The position numbers and the translations under genes were made by a program. Source: Veleropilina oligotropha (Eukaryota). Taken from it: a stretch of DNA of 20,000 bases. Shown here piece after piece: positions 1-11,707 of this stretch (its first letter is position 1; every line of letters starts with the position of its first letter). Where the stretch lies: positions 365,967 to 385,966 of the forward strand of contig JBEUKZ010000058.1 of the NCBI GenBank assembly GCA_048128005.1. The letters are read 5' to 3'. Under the pieces are notes generated by a model. The model was given only the letters and a program-made list of their open reading frames with translations, was not told the origin of the DNA and made no database searches.

Positions 1-72
1 TTCATTTATTGCCATACATTCAGGGCAAAGTGTGATAACAGAAGCGTTAACCTGAATCTTAACCAAATCTGC

Positions 73-130
73 GACGGACGGAAGGAAGGAAAAGGTGATC
101 ACTATAGGGCCGCCTTGTGGGGCCATAATT
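73..130 (+). mobile_element. 3' end of a HINE/Helentron-like non-autonomous element (GACG/GAAG microsatellite, then AAGGTGATCACTRTAGG, a GGCC hairpin and ATAAT)
   Basis: gacggacggaaggaaggaaaaggtgatcactatagggccgccttgtggggccataat. A second copy is at about 835-881. Tetranucleotide microsatellite followed by a short 3' palindrome is the layout of pearl/HINE elements. Confidence 0.5.
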
Positions 131-678
131 ATTTATTTGGGTTGTTTTGAATTTATTTCAAATATTAGCTGATAATTTGAACCCTGACCAGTTGACCAGA
201 GTGATGTTGGACACTGTATACAGTCTGCTCTTGTATAATGACAATAAATACTGCCATTTCAAGAAACCATTGAAATGAACCAATGGGAAGCCAGATTTCA
301 AAATCAGTTTAATTCCGATTTTGATAATTCCATCTTCACAGAGTGACCATTAAGCTTAACAGCTTACTATGCCTATTGGCAGTGAGCAAGTATTACAGAT
401 AAGCACATGTCCATTTCATCATACACACATAATATTTAGATGAATAAACAAAAGAAATTTACTAATTCTTATATTTGCGTAGCTACTTGATTAACGTCTG
501 CAAACAAAAAATTGAATGATATCATTGAAAATGAACAGCCTTCTTCCTTGTCATAAGATTCACCTACCAAGAAACTTTCATAATTAAAGATACTTAGTGA
601 TATATTTCTTGAGTTATATTGCAGAAACAAAGATTTATTATAATACTTTATTACACTTTGTCAACATTTTGGCACATG

Positions 679-824
679 AAACTTTAACCTGGGACCTTAA
701 TGAGAAGATTGGGCAAACAAAACTTTAACCTGGGACCTTGATGTGAAGATTGGACAAACAAAACTTTAACCTGGGACCTTAATGAGAAGACTGGGCAAAC
801 AAAACTTTAACCTGGGACCTCAAT
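679..824 (+). repeat. 41-bp tandem repeat, about 3.5 copies (internal array of a HINE-like element)
   Basis: ACTTTAACCTGGGACC recurs at 681, 722, 763 and 804 (period 41) and runs directly into the HINE-like end at 835-881. Confidence 0.9.
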
Positions 825-834
825 GCTGGGATGC

Positions 835-881
835 ACGGACGGAAAAGGTGATCACTGTAGGCCTCCCTGCGGGGCCATAAT
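835..881 (+). mobile_element. Second HINE/Helentron-like 3' end
   Basis: acggacggaaaaggtgatcactgtaggcctccctgcggggccataat aligns with 73-130. Confidence 0.5.
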
Positions 882-1109
882 AACTAAAAGCGGTCTGCTT
901 TTAATTACTTCGCACCGAGTGCATTGACCTAGTTGGAGCCACGTTGCGTAGGTTTCTGCTCGTCAAGTAAGATAGCTTTCTACTTGACAATAATATATAT
1001 TGCCCAGTTACAATAATAAGTCTATCATGTGATCATAGATATATCGATCGTATATTCGCGAAATTTGTATCAATCTGCGCGAACCGTGCGATAAAGGTGA
1101 TCAGTCATG

Positions 1110-1331
1110 TGTTACCCCTGCGATCACGTCGAATGGGGTTGGGATGTGGATAGATGACCAGTACATTATCATTGACCACCAGCGACCAGGGGGGGGGGGG
1201 GGTTACGTGTCCACTACCCCCACGCTACACGACCCGCTCAATAACACAAGCACACGGTAACAGAAATATCGTTCGACTGCCAAATCGAGGTTTTCAAAAC
1301 AAGGGAGGTTACTTAAACCGAACCGGTCACA
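1110..1331 (-). repeat. 3' LTR (222 bp, internally deleted)
   Basis: Aligns with 3173-3523 except for a 126-bp deletion, a smaller deletion, an expanded G run and roughly 9 substitutions counted by eye. Confidence 0.93.
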
Positions 1332-1346
1332 CACACACCCTCTGAA
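1332..1346 (-). promoter_or_regulatory. Polypurine-tract-like sequence next to the 3' LTR
   Basis: Minus strand reads TTCAGAGGGTGTGTG immediately before the 3' LTR TGTGAC. It is only partly purine. Confidence 0.5.
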
Positions 1347-1469
1347 ACTCAAAGTCCATGTCCTCATGATGCATTTACAAAATATAATAGACAAGAAATA
1401 CAAAAATAGTAACACAGTATAGCAAATCAATCGCCTACCTCCATACGTCTTTAATCTTCATGTCCCCTG

Positions 1470-1704
1470 ACATGGTACACCGTCATGCAACTATACGGCA
1501 TGGAACACTATCATGCGACTATGGCATGGAACACCATCATGCGACTATGGCATGGAACACCATCATGCGACTACGGTATGGAACACCATCATGCGACTAC
1601 GGCATGAAATACCATCATGCTACTATGGCATGGAATACCATCATGCGACTACGGCATGGAATACCATCATGCGACTACGGCATGGAACACCACCATGCTA
1701 CTAT
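1470..1704 (+). repeat. 26-bp minisatellite (CATCATGCGACTAYGGCATGGAAYAC), about 9 copies, inside the LTR element
   Basis: TGGAACAC at 1501, 1527 and 1553 gives period 26. This explains the repetitive ORFs 1460-1864 and 1513-1779. Confidence 0.92.
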
Positions 1705-1978
1705 TATAGTAGGCATGGAACACTTTACAAGAACAATGACACAATCAAAATATATAGACATGACACTTTCAAGACTTGAAGTGTTGGTTAATAGCGATGT
1801 ACATAAATGTTGCAAAAACAATGAAAGCATAATATCTACAGTGCAAGAAAAATATTTTCAATAAAAATGGTTCTGCCTTAATAGTACTAACATGAGACAG
1901 AGAACCTGTATCTAGTAAACTAGGCATCACTACACCAGCTACCTCAGGACAATTGCAATGATTTAATAGGCGTCATAA

Positions 1979-3096
1979 CTAATTACCAGTACCCATTGAC
2001 CTCGAAGAACCAGATCGACCCTGGTTAGACATATCATGACCCCAACTATTACTACCATGTCCCTGTCTCTCATCCCTTAACCGTTTCCGGCAATCTCTAC
2101 TAACATGTCCAAATTTCTGACAATAATAACATTGTACATTTGATTTGGAAGCATGAGATGCATTTTGAGTTAGACTAGCATTAGGTGAGTCACATTTTAC
2201 TGGGGTTGGGTTCGCTACTGCCTTATGAGTTAACAGCTGCTTGGTCAGGTCGATGAGTCCCTTGGCCCAGGCTGGAGGATCTGTAAATGCATTGTCAGAT
2301 TTAACTACATTACATGAATAATCAATAGATTGTTCCTTTACTTGTACTTTCGGGGTCTGCACATTCATCAAGCGCAATGTCACCGTTGGTTGGTCACGAA
2401 TGCGTCGTTTCAACAGTCGTTGAAGGGAGATCAGCTTTATCCCTTCCGCAAACTGGTCTCGTACTAAATGTTCGCGTTCCTATGGCAGGTCTGACTTTTC
2501 CAGGATGGATATGAGTGCGTGCGAATAGTCCATGACACTCTCTGACGGGGATTGGGTACACGTATAAAAGTCTCTCATGACTTGGGCAGAGGACGCACGG
2601 CTTCCGAATACTCTCTTATAAGAGCAGAAAACAGAAGTTCGGCTGTATCTGGCAACTACTGTCTCGCTTCTTCTTTATCAGCCCCTTGCAAGTAGTCCCG
2701 CAGGAAAATAACCGCTTCTTTACCACGGAGCTTCAGAGATTCGATAGTTCTCTTAGCTCTATCGATCCAAAGGCATGGATCATCTTTGCCGGTATAAAGG
2801 GGCAATCTCACCGTTGGTGGCAACACGATACGAGTAGGAATCCCTGGTTGTGGAGATCGTGCATCATCAACTGCAGGCGATTGCAGTTCAACCAGCTCAC
2901 GCTGCAAGGCCGCCAGCATATCGCTCTCCATCTCGCTGTGTTGAGCACGCCTTTCGATGTCTGGACGGGTAAGAGGGGCAGGGGTATTCTTTTCGTTGGT
3001 AAGGGTAGGGGATTCTCTCCGCTGGTAGGGGTAGGGGGATTCTCGCCGCCGGTCACCATGGAACAGTGAATCAGCAACTAAGCTCAGCTCGATCAT
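1979..3096 (-). pseudogene. gag: Gypsy-type gag pseudogene (capsid-like region plus CCHC zinc knuckle)
   Basis: LPLYTGKDDPCLWIDRAKRTI...FLRDYLQG in ORF 2656-3096. Manual translation across a TAG (2656-2658), a frameshift near 2615 and a TAG (2480-2482) gives DFYTCTQSPSESVMDYSHAL...RDQFAEG, in frame with ORF 1979-2413, which contains CYYCQKFGHVSRDC. Confidence 0.9.
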
Positions 3097-3152
3097 CGAT
3101 GCCCTCCTTCTCTCCCCTGGTCACCGATAATTACAAGTTATACTCCGTCCAC

Positions 3153-3170
3153 ATCCCACTTCTAACACCA
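3153..3170 (-). promoter_or_regulatory. Primer-binding site complementary to the tRNA-Leu 3' end
   Basis: Minus strand TGGTGTTAGAAGTGGGAT, 2 nt from the 5' LTR. It matches my recollection of the tRNA-Leu(CAA) 3' end (ATCCCACTTCTGACACCA) at 17 of 18 positions. Confidence 0.85.
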
Positions 3171-3172
3171 AA

Positions 3173-3523
3173 TGTTACCTCTGCGCTCACGTCGAATGGG
3201 GTTGGGATGTGGATAGATGACACAGTTTGGAGTATACAACAGTTTATTTGGTCTTAATAAGTGATATTCATTGACAAAACAGTGTCAAACAGTGACCACG
3301 TCACCCGTGCAATCAATCAGTGAATCAAACAAGTGAGAACCAGTGACCAGTACATTATCATTGACCACCAGTGACCAGGGGAGTGTCCGCTACCCCCACG
3401 CTACACGATCGAGAATGTACACGAACCGCTCAATAACACAAGCACACGGTAACAGAAATATCGTTCAACTGCCAAATCGCGGTTTTCAAAACAAGGGAGG
3501 TAACTTAAACCGACCCGGTCACA
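3173..3523 (-). repeat. 5' LTR (351 bp)
   Basis: TG...CA termini, adjacent PBS, and minus-strand AATAAA at 3243-3248. Confidence 0.95.
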
Positions 3524-4490
3524 CATGCTACACAGTCACGAAAAGAGCGCATTTAGGGGCAATAGTCTATTTAAACATGCATAATGTATTACATATGCTG
3601 TAGGTTTAACGGTGAAATTAAAAATAACAACATTAAAAAAATAATATTAATTGTTGACCACCGGTTGTTGCGGACATATCTTCTGTCCTTATTTCGCCAC
3701 GATATTTTTACCGTGATAGCAGCAATACCACAAGACTGAAGTTATTATAAGTAGTCGTGTGACGTCGCGGTACAGACGATGCTTTGAATACCGCATTACG
3801 TTGAACCACGAGGCGCTAGCCAAGTGGTTAAAGGCCATAAGGTATTCAATGCATCGTGTTTACTAAGACGTTTCTCGACAACGTATTTATCTTGCTGTCA
3901 CTCATTATGCTAACATGATTTAACAAACTCATGACTTGGCTCATAGCACTGTTGTTGTATATAATCATGACCGTGATGTATATGCATTGAAAATGGCAAC
4001 GTTTACATTTGTCTTTAGCAGACGACGGCTTCAGTAACACCTTACTGAAAGTTGTTCAATGAGAACATTTTTTTGACAACATGACGCCAGCCGTGGTATA
4101 AGTTTTCCTATACCACGGCGGTGTTTGTAATCAGTTTATAAAATGACGTCAGACAATCAGAAGAGATGATACACGGCAAAAGCAAGATACTGAATGTTCA
4201 TGTCGATATACCAGCTACTATATTGTTAAAGATACTCGTCATTGTTTCCATCTTCTAACTTACTAAACAATTTTTACAACACGGAGTAATGGTAATTAAT
4301 CCCGCTGACTAACACTGATCCTAATGCCCATGAAATATATGCCTAACCCTAAACTGCGTATATATATACCATTGGCTTTAGGGTCAGTGTTAATAAGCAG
4401 GATGCGTTACCATTATAATATTTTTCACGTGAATCTTGCCCGGAAAATGAAAAATTGCGTCTGTAGTTAAAATAATTGGAAATAATACAT

Positions 4491-4806
4491 GTGCCGTCGT
4501 GGCTCAGTGGGTTGTTCACTGGACTCTGGTCACAGAGTCTCGAGTTCGCCCCAAAGCTCGGCGATTTCACTTGGGCAAGGAAATAAGAATATATTTGCCT
4601 CGGTCCACCCAGCCGACCTGAATGGGTACCTGGTTGGCAGTTATGTAAGTCACGGCGCTACCCGCGTGTATATGACTGTAATGCTCCCAGAGGGAGTTGA
4701 GATGGCATATCGAGTGGGAGAGGCCAATAACCAGGGGTAATAATGTTCAGCGCATTGAGACACTAGCGTAATAATGCGCTATATAAGACCTGAGTATTAT
4801 TATTAT
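4491..4806 (+). mobile_element. tRNA-derived SINE with CORE-like body and L2-type tail
   Basis: A box TGGCTCAGTGG, B-box-like GAGTTCGCCCC, central CTTGGGCAAG...TGCCTCGGTCCACCCAG...AATGGGTACC, 3' CAGCGCATTGAG...GCGCTATATAAG and a (TAT)n tail. Confidence 0.85.
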
Positions 4807-6590
4807 CATAATAGAATATTGGAAGCAATTACCATCTTTCTAGTTTTTTGTTTCAAACCAAAGTTGAAAAGAAAGAAGATGGACAAGATGACGAACTTTT
4901 GAGATTTCCATCTTTAAAACTGTACATCATATCAGTGAATAATGAAGATTTAAAGCTGAAATGTCAAGTGTCACATGGACCCCGTAGGATTCCGACATTC
5001 GGAGTCAAGCATGAGAAAACAGGGTATGAAGCATATACACCATTTCAGTGGAATACGGTTTGCATAGGCACACATGCGTCTCAATAACCACTGAACACAG
5101 TAGTTTGGATGCCGGCCACATCGGCATATGTGATACGACAAAGCCAATTTGATTGAATTTCAAATTTGTTTATTTGCTGAAAAATCCCCAAAAGTATAAT
5201 CACACCATATATGGTGCCAATTGAGGCTGTTTAATCTAATAGTCACCAATTGCTGGATCCAGATCACCCAATATGCCTGCTACTGGTTGCCTGACGTCAT
5301 AGTTTTGACTTATTAAACTGATCATCCAATCAACTAAATTAATGCAGATATTTTCTCGTGATATTAATTCCCAGTTATGTACCTTGGGTGCACGGTCGCC
5401 GAACTCTCCGTCCCAAGAGGGGTATTATCGCCTGTAGACCAGCTGTCGTATAATATACGAAAAGAAGGACGGGCGACATAGTCCAGAGATACCAAATGTG
5501 ATGACAGGCCGTAATATAATACTCATCCTTTAATCTCATTACCGATGATTACCAGATGGAGAGAGTGCCCGCATCGATCGCAGCGCAATCGCGAGATGGG
5601 GTAATAGGCCGCTCCAAGAGGAAATGATCACCGCTTAAAGTACAGGGCATCATCGAACCATCGCAGACAAGAGGATTCAATTTCCGCGAATTAAATACAT
5701 CACTAAATATAGGAGCTTTGACAAAGGTCACAAGTCACCTCGAACTGCGCCTTTGTTTCAATGTCTTGGAATATTGGTACCTCTGGTGCTCGTTCCGATC
5801 TTCATCATTGTAGAGCTTCTATACAGTCTTACATTGTTGGAAGTAGGTCAGGACACGTTATTTCTTTTCAAGTAAACGTAATTCGTTGTAGGTTAACAAT
5901 ATTTCCTCAAATAACTTTCGGAAGGTCTTGAAGAAAAAATCATGAACAGACAGAATGGTTAACAAATTTAAAGAATGGATACTCGTCGTACTATATATGC
6001 ATACGCCTATTTTGCTTCTCAGATATGAGAGAATGGTTCATCAACGAAAGGAAGCTTGAGCCCGTTGGTTCATCCAATACAACGTCGATGTGGATTGCTT
6101 CAAATATGATTACAGATGTTAATTATAAAGCACTCAAATCGCAATATATAATCTGTGAACAGTGCAAGTTGTGAAATGTTCGTATTGAAGTCTCTCGAGA
6201 GCGTTCGTGTAGTCATGGTGACCATACTGTATAGGAGCACTAGCTCGGATCACGGCGAGGAGAGTGACAGGCTCCCACTTTTTCTCCATCGAGGTTGTAC
6301 ATATTTATTGAACTTCTAATAAAGGTGATGTCGTTCAGTTCAGTCACAACACGGCGCGTCGCTACCCTATCGCGTAGAGAAGGAGTTATATAAATATGTA
6401 CAGCCTCCATCAAGAACAGGATCGATGGACCCTGTCAATTCTTTACAGTGGATCCGTGCTCATTTAATTATAATTTCAAAATGATTTATTTCGGCTTAAA
6501 ATCAAATTAGCTAATACGAGTTAACTTTGCATCAATATTATAACACGGAAGTAACAAATAAATGACATGAGCTTTTGCTTTACCTTATTA

Positions 6591-6712
6591 AAGGGAGGGA
6601 GGGAGGAATGATGCTTAATGTCCTGTATATTTACAACATCGAGGTTCAAGGCGAGGGAGGAAACCCCGGTCGCCCGGGTAAACCCGCCCTCTTCGGCCAG
6701 TCACGGACAACT
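6591..6712 (-). mobile_element. Diverged SINE fragment (V-domain-like)
   Basis: GGAGGAAACCCCGGTCGCCCGGGTAAACCCGCC resembles the reverse complement of the V-SINE core GGGTTTTCTCCGGGTACTCCGGTTTCCTCC. A (GGGA)n microsatellite lies on the tail side. Confidence 0.5.
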
Positions 6713-8244
6713 GTGATTCATAACTTACTCTACCCACTGCGCTGCCGAAGCGACACGTTATTAAAGAGGTCAATAAACAATTTTGTACCGTATTTAATAG
6801 AGAACTAACGTTGTATTTACATGGAGTCCACCTACGAAAATTCGGAACTAATCAACGAAATCCAACTTCGGCAGAGTGGCGACATTATATGATTTCGTGT
6901 TTTTAAACGAAAAATAAACTGAAAAATAAATCGTTAACGTAAATTCAAATTACCATTTGCACTATTTTCAAATCACTCCCTGAAAATGTTTTGGTTGTTG
7001 TTGAAGTATAACGAACTGTCATCCTTTTAACAAATAATTACAGCCACAAGTATCGAAATCAGGACACCTAATATTATTTTAATTATTAAATAAATTAATG
7101 CTGCTGTGCGCTATTACTAAATAATTATGTGTTGCTAACTTAGTACTTTTTATAACATTGAGTATATAAGATGGAAGTTGACGCCGGTCATGTTTTATAA
7201 GCAGCACGTCGCGTGTAAAAACATAATCAAAGGCGTTAGATTAGAAAAACAAGTTTATATTTACAAAATTAATAGTTGACCAGTGATGACAATCAATCTG
7301 TTGTTTCTGTAAATAACTAACCACCCGCTAAACATTTCATGTACAAATGTCTCTAATTCGTATTATCTTATAAAATAGGAAGGAAACACTATCAAAGTTA
7401 CGTGAGGCGCTATAGATAAGCATAAAGATAAGAAGGTGAAATTTGTCTGTCTAATTACCGTCATTTCCTTGCGCATCATTAGCGCAAAGCGGCGAATCAT
7501 TGATGACTGGATGTGTTACATAACCAGAAGAGCCTAGCCTAATTATGAGGTTGCTTATAACAAAAGACTTTTTAATACAAACATAATATTGTTGACTGGA
7601 GATATGTTATTATTAACGTTTTTCGATTTCATACATTAATACGATTCAGCGTTTAAAAGAAAAGGCAATTGGTATTGTTTAAAAAAGGTCGCATTCGGTT
7701 TTTGTAGAATTTTTATAGTCGCATATTCAATAATTAATTAGCATTATATTATGTTTTCTATTGAAATTCAAAATTGAATTATTAACACTTGATAATTGCG
7801 AAATGATTTTAATGTTGTAATGTTGGACTTTCATGTAAGCCTATGAAGCTACTTTTCATCGATAATGCGTCTTTTCATCGTAACATGTGTCGCATGCTAT
7901 ATTTAGCTTCACACTCCAGTGACTTTAACCAATCAATAACCTCGTGTTAATAATGGGTATGAATGCTAATTTATTTACACCAATCAACGATCAGGTCTTA
8001 AAACGATTCATCGTACTAGCGTAAATGGCCAGCTGCAGTCTCCGGCGTAACTTTGACATGCATCGGACTGGACAATGTGCGACGAATGAAGCCTCCAAAT
8101 TTTAGATTTCATGACGGAAGTGTTCGATTGGAAGCGAAATCAAGATGACTGAAGGTCAGTTCATTTTAGAAATTAAAATACTATCATTGTTGCTTACTAA
8201 GACGTATTGTACTTTAAACATGTATATATATATTGTAATTTTAA

Positions 8245-8638
8245 AGAGACTATTTCCCGTAAATGCGTTCTTTTCGTGACTGTGTAGCATGACTAATCAC
8301 CCACTATCGCGACATGATGATCGATATATGATCAAATGATATATTTTTATTGAAATTATTAATGTAACTAGTCAATATATATTATTGTCAAATAGAAAGC
8401 TATCTTACTTGACGAGCAGAAACTTACGCAACGTGGCTTCAACTTGATCAATTTATGGCACCCGGACCTCGTTTAATTATTTTTAAATCTTCCGTAGGGA
8501 CTAACTTAAACGGTAGCAAATAACTGACGAAAGTTGAATGTTGGAAAATTCCTAACCTTTTATGTTATAAACAAAATGTGTAATGCGGTTAGTTTTCTTT
8601 TCAAAGAAAAAAGAGCGCATTTACAGGCAATAGTCTCT
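8245..8638. mobile_element. Complete 394-bp MITE with 30-bp TIRs and TTAA TSD (Kolobok/T2-MITE-like)
   Basis: TTAA|AGAGACTATTTCCCGTAAATGCGTTCTTTT ... AAAAGAGCGCATTTACAGGCAATAGTCTCT|TTAA. The TIRs match at 27 of 30 positions. Confidence 0.9.
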
Positions 8639-10689
8639 TTAACGCATTCGTTTTTTGCGTGGTCTTCACAAAACACGAGAAGTTTTATTGAAGTGAACTC
8701 AAATTTAAATAATTGCAATTTAAAATAAATTCCAAATGTTATTCTGTGTCAATGCAATATTCAATTCAATATGTACTAGGTTTTTGTTGCTATGATAATA
8801 GAATGACATTGTTTATTGACAGTGAACATAAACTATAATTAGTCCGAAATCCAATATTAGGACTACCACAGGTCATTGTTATAAATAATTGTCCACACAA
8901 GAGGAATCGTGTTTCCATATCATGCCGGGTAACCTGGTCGTGGTTTTAATGGGAAACATATGACAAATGGCCGTAAGTTTTATTACGCAACGATATTGAC
9001 CTTTCTCTGGAATACGACACGGTTGTATTCAATGTCCGTAATAGACGCACTTCAAAAGTCCGATTGCTATGGCTGATTAAGCACAATACGGATTGAACCG
9101 GAAAATGACACCTGACCAAGCGAAATACTTCCTGTATTTCAAGACGTGTTTTCATCGCCTATGAGTCTTTACTGGCGACACCAGGCAATGTTGAAAGAAA
9201 GAACCCCGTTTGTTTCCGACGTCATTCCATAGCGGCCACGTGGTCTATTAGGCTGCAGCTGTGACGTAATGTTACAATGCTGTGACAACCAGACTGATAA
9301 CTCGAGGCTACGTGTTTGATTTGTATGTTGTTGATAAGAGAACCATGTTGATATTGGAGATAGGAGGTAAATTACAACGCTCTGAATCAGTTGAAGTTTA
9401 TATACGACGTTGGGATCCACGACGTTAAATAAATCTTCTGTATCTGCATGTATGTACCGCAAAAGAATATCCAGAATGCAAAATGTAAGCACGTTTGTTT
9501 ATTCCGTAAATAAACAAAGTTCATACAAATAACTTGTAAACATATCATAGACATATGTAAGTATTTCCATTTCCTGTATTAATATTGTTTGCGTGATTGT
9601 TTTTAAAACTGTATTGTTTACTTTAGTCTTCTATCGGGAAGTAATCTTATCATCTCAGCCTTTGAGTCGCAAACAATACACCACTAATTGCTCAGCATAC
9701 ATATGTGTGATCTTGGATCAGTACGTGCCGATTACATTTCACACCTGATTCATGTAGGTAATTAAAGGTGTGATTAATTACAGGTAGGGTCGACGGAGAC
9801 AAGCCAAACAAGCGAACAGCCTTACAAAGCGCTGTTATGTAGTTTGAACAGTACAAAAATGTAATTACACTGCAACAACACTATGATTGTTTTTTCGCAT
9901 TATGTTTCAAAACAATCCAACTCTGCGATGTCCTTTATTCAATTCACCATCAATTCACCATCAATTGCATTTATAAAACCGTAAGGCACAAAGATTACAG
10001 AATAGTGTGCCACAATAAAATCACGAGGTGCATTATAAAATATGTCAATGAAGCATATCAGATCAGACCTGATGGCCTGCATAATTTTTATATAGATACT
10101 AATATAGATATAATTCCCATTATCTCTTTCACTGCCCGCATATAAGCTATAATAGGCTACCTATAAAACTTATATATCAGTTTTTTTGACAGTGAATGGT
10201 GTTATAGGTAAAATTTATTTGAGACTGCAACACTTGGGACACATGGGAAAATGTCACGTAGTTAAATATAGACATCGTACGTAATGGCTCCCATTTGAGT
10301 TGATGCTTTTGCCAATAACACAATACCCCGGCTGATATCAAGTTTCACAAAACTAGAAATCAAATGCTACTGTGTTTTAACGAGCTAACAATGGTACAGT
10401 CACCAGACGTCGTGAGCGAGGACGTGTGTTTGGGTACCATACTATGTCTATGCGTGGGGGACAGTAGCCATTGTTCCATTATGGGTGCCCATCTTCACGT
10501 GGACGCAGTAGACGAGCGCGGATATAGTTAGGGTCATTATTGAGCCATTGCTACTGCATGGTGCTCGGTTACGTATACATGTCCAGTTAGATGAATGAAC
10601 TGCGCTCGTGAAAGAAAAGGTCATTGTAGTTACAGTATTCCCTCTGGTAACAGAGGTCATGGTATACATAACATATTTAATTGAAAAAA

Positions 10690-10848
10690 CCCTCACACGA
10701 ATAAGTATTGTCCTTTCGTGGCTTAGTGGTAGGTCACGTGACTTGGTCGTGGTATAAAATATTTATTTTGAATAATCCTCACTCGAATAAGTATTGTCCT
10801 TTCGTGGCTTAGTAGTAGGTCACGTGACTTGGCCGTGGCTTAGTGGTA
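10690..10848 (+). repeat. Local direct duplication of about 62 bp (period about 87)
   Basis: CCTCACWCGAATAAGTATTGTCCTTTCGTGGCTTAGTRGTAGGTCACGTGACTTGGYCGTGG occurs twice. Confidence 0.85.
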
Positions 10849-10959
10849 GTGGTAAATTCGCGGATAGAAACGCGATCGCGTATCCAAGGGAGGTAATTGT
10901 GCTGTGTGAATAGCACGCGGAACGAGACGTGACATCCAAACCGACACTTTGCCTTTATG

Positions 10960-11707
10960 GGAGACAGTCAACTCATCCATCAGTCAACTCACCCACGCCC
11001 AAAAACACTGGATAAGTTGCCCGTCGGTTGGTGGATGAGTTGACTGTACCCCAACAACGCTAGAGCCTGCTATAGTTCCTAATGTATGAAAGGCACGTCA
11101 ACCCGGTATCATATGTTATATAGGAGTAGAGTTGACTTGTTTTTTGTCAATACATTATATGCGTTAATTTACTTATATATTTGTTATATAAACAAATTTA
11201 ATATAATCATTATACTATCGCTAATTTGCGATATATTAAATTGGATGGATGAGTTGACTGTGCAAAAACTTGCATAGTGGATGAGTTGACTGGTGTCACG
11301 AACTATACCGTACAGCTGACTATACCGTACAGGTCTTATCTGTTATATCAATAATACGTATTTTAATATCTCATCTTGTAATTCATGGACTTGTGGTTAT
11401 ATCACTATTGTTCACCTGATGGTCTTAAAATTAATTTATAAGAGCAATTTCATCTGACTAACGCAAATGAATGATAATCGGTAATTTCATCTACCTACGC
11501 TATGGTCGCGATTGTTGCGGTTAACACCCAAGTAATTATACTCCAGAGTAACCATGTTGATGTATTGAACTGGAAAAAGGTTAATTTTAAGACCATTAGG
11601 TGAACAATAGTGACATACAGACATTACAGATAAGACCTGTACGGTATAGTCAGGTGTACGGTATAATTCGCGACCCCGGGTTAAGGTGGATGAGTTGACT
11701 GGTATCC
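10960..11707. mobile_element. Mutator (MULE)-type MITE with 9-bp TSD
   Basis: TSD GCCTTTATG at 10951-10959 and 11708-11716. Termini GGAGACAGTCAACTCATCCA / TGGATGAGTTGACTGGTATCC. The motif GGATGAGTTGACTG is repeated internally at about 11033, 11247 and 11279. Confidence 0.9.
11292..11677. mobile_element. Foldback MITE with about 95-bp TIRs nested in the Mutator MITE
   Basis: Left arm GGTGTCACGAACTATACCGTACAGCTGACTATACCGTACAGGTCTTATCTG...CACTATTGTTCACCTGATGGTCTTAAAATTAA mirrors 11581-11677. The left arm has about 50 bp extra. No clean TSD. Confidence 0.85.

Larger units (their letters stand above)
1110..3523 (-). mobile_element. Non-autonomous Gypsy/Ty3-like LTR retrotransposon (gag only, pol absent)
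   Basis: Direct repeats 1110-1331 and 3173-3523, both TGTTAC...GTCACA on the + strand. 4-bp TSD CATG at 1106-1109 and 3524-3527. PBS, polypurine-tract-like sequence and gag with a CCHC knuckle are on the minus strand. Confidence 0.95.
923..3570 (-). mobile_element. Partial TTAA-MITE copy (paralogue of 8245-8638), interrupted by the LTR element
   Basis: 923-1109 plus 3528-3570 is the reverse complement of about 8245-8452. It ends in the terminal inverted repeat (TIR) AAAAGAGCGCATTTAGGGGCAATAGTCTAT, followed by TTAA at 3571-3574. Confidence 0.85.

Noticed and set aside
1154..1345. Paired ORFs 1154-1345 and 3343-3603 as duplicated genes
   Set aside because: Their similarity simply reflects the two LTRs.
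1460..1864. ORFs of 134 and 88 aa as genes
   Set aside because: Products of the 26-bp minisatellite, antisense to the LTR element.
5380..6360. Possible decayed coding sequence on the minus strand
   Set aside because: Composition looks coding-like, but all frames I translated have frequent stops and no recognisable motif. It needs a tblastx or HMM search.
8946..10696. Short ORFs (8946-9155, 9169-9492, 10448-10696) as host exons
   Set aside because: No recognisable domains and no convincing splice pattern.
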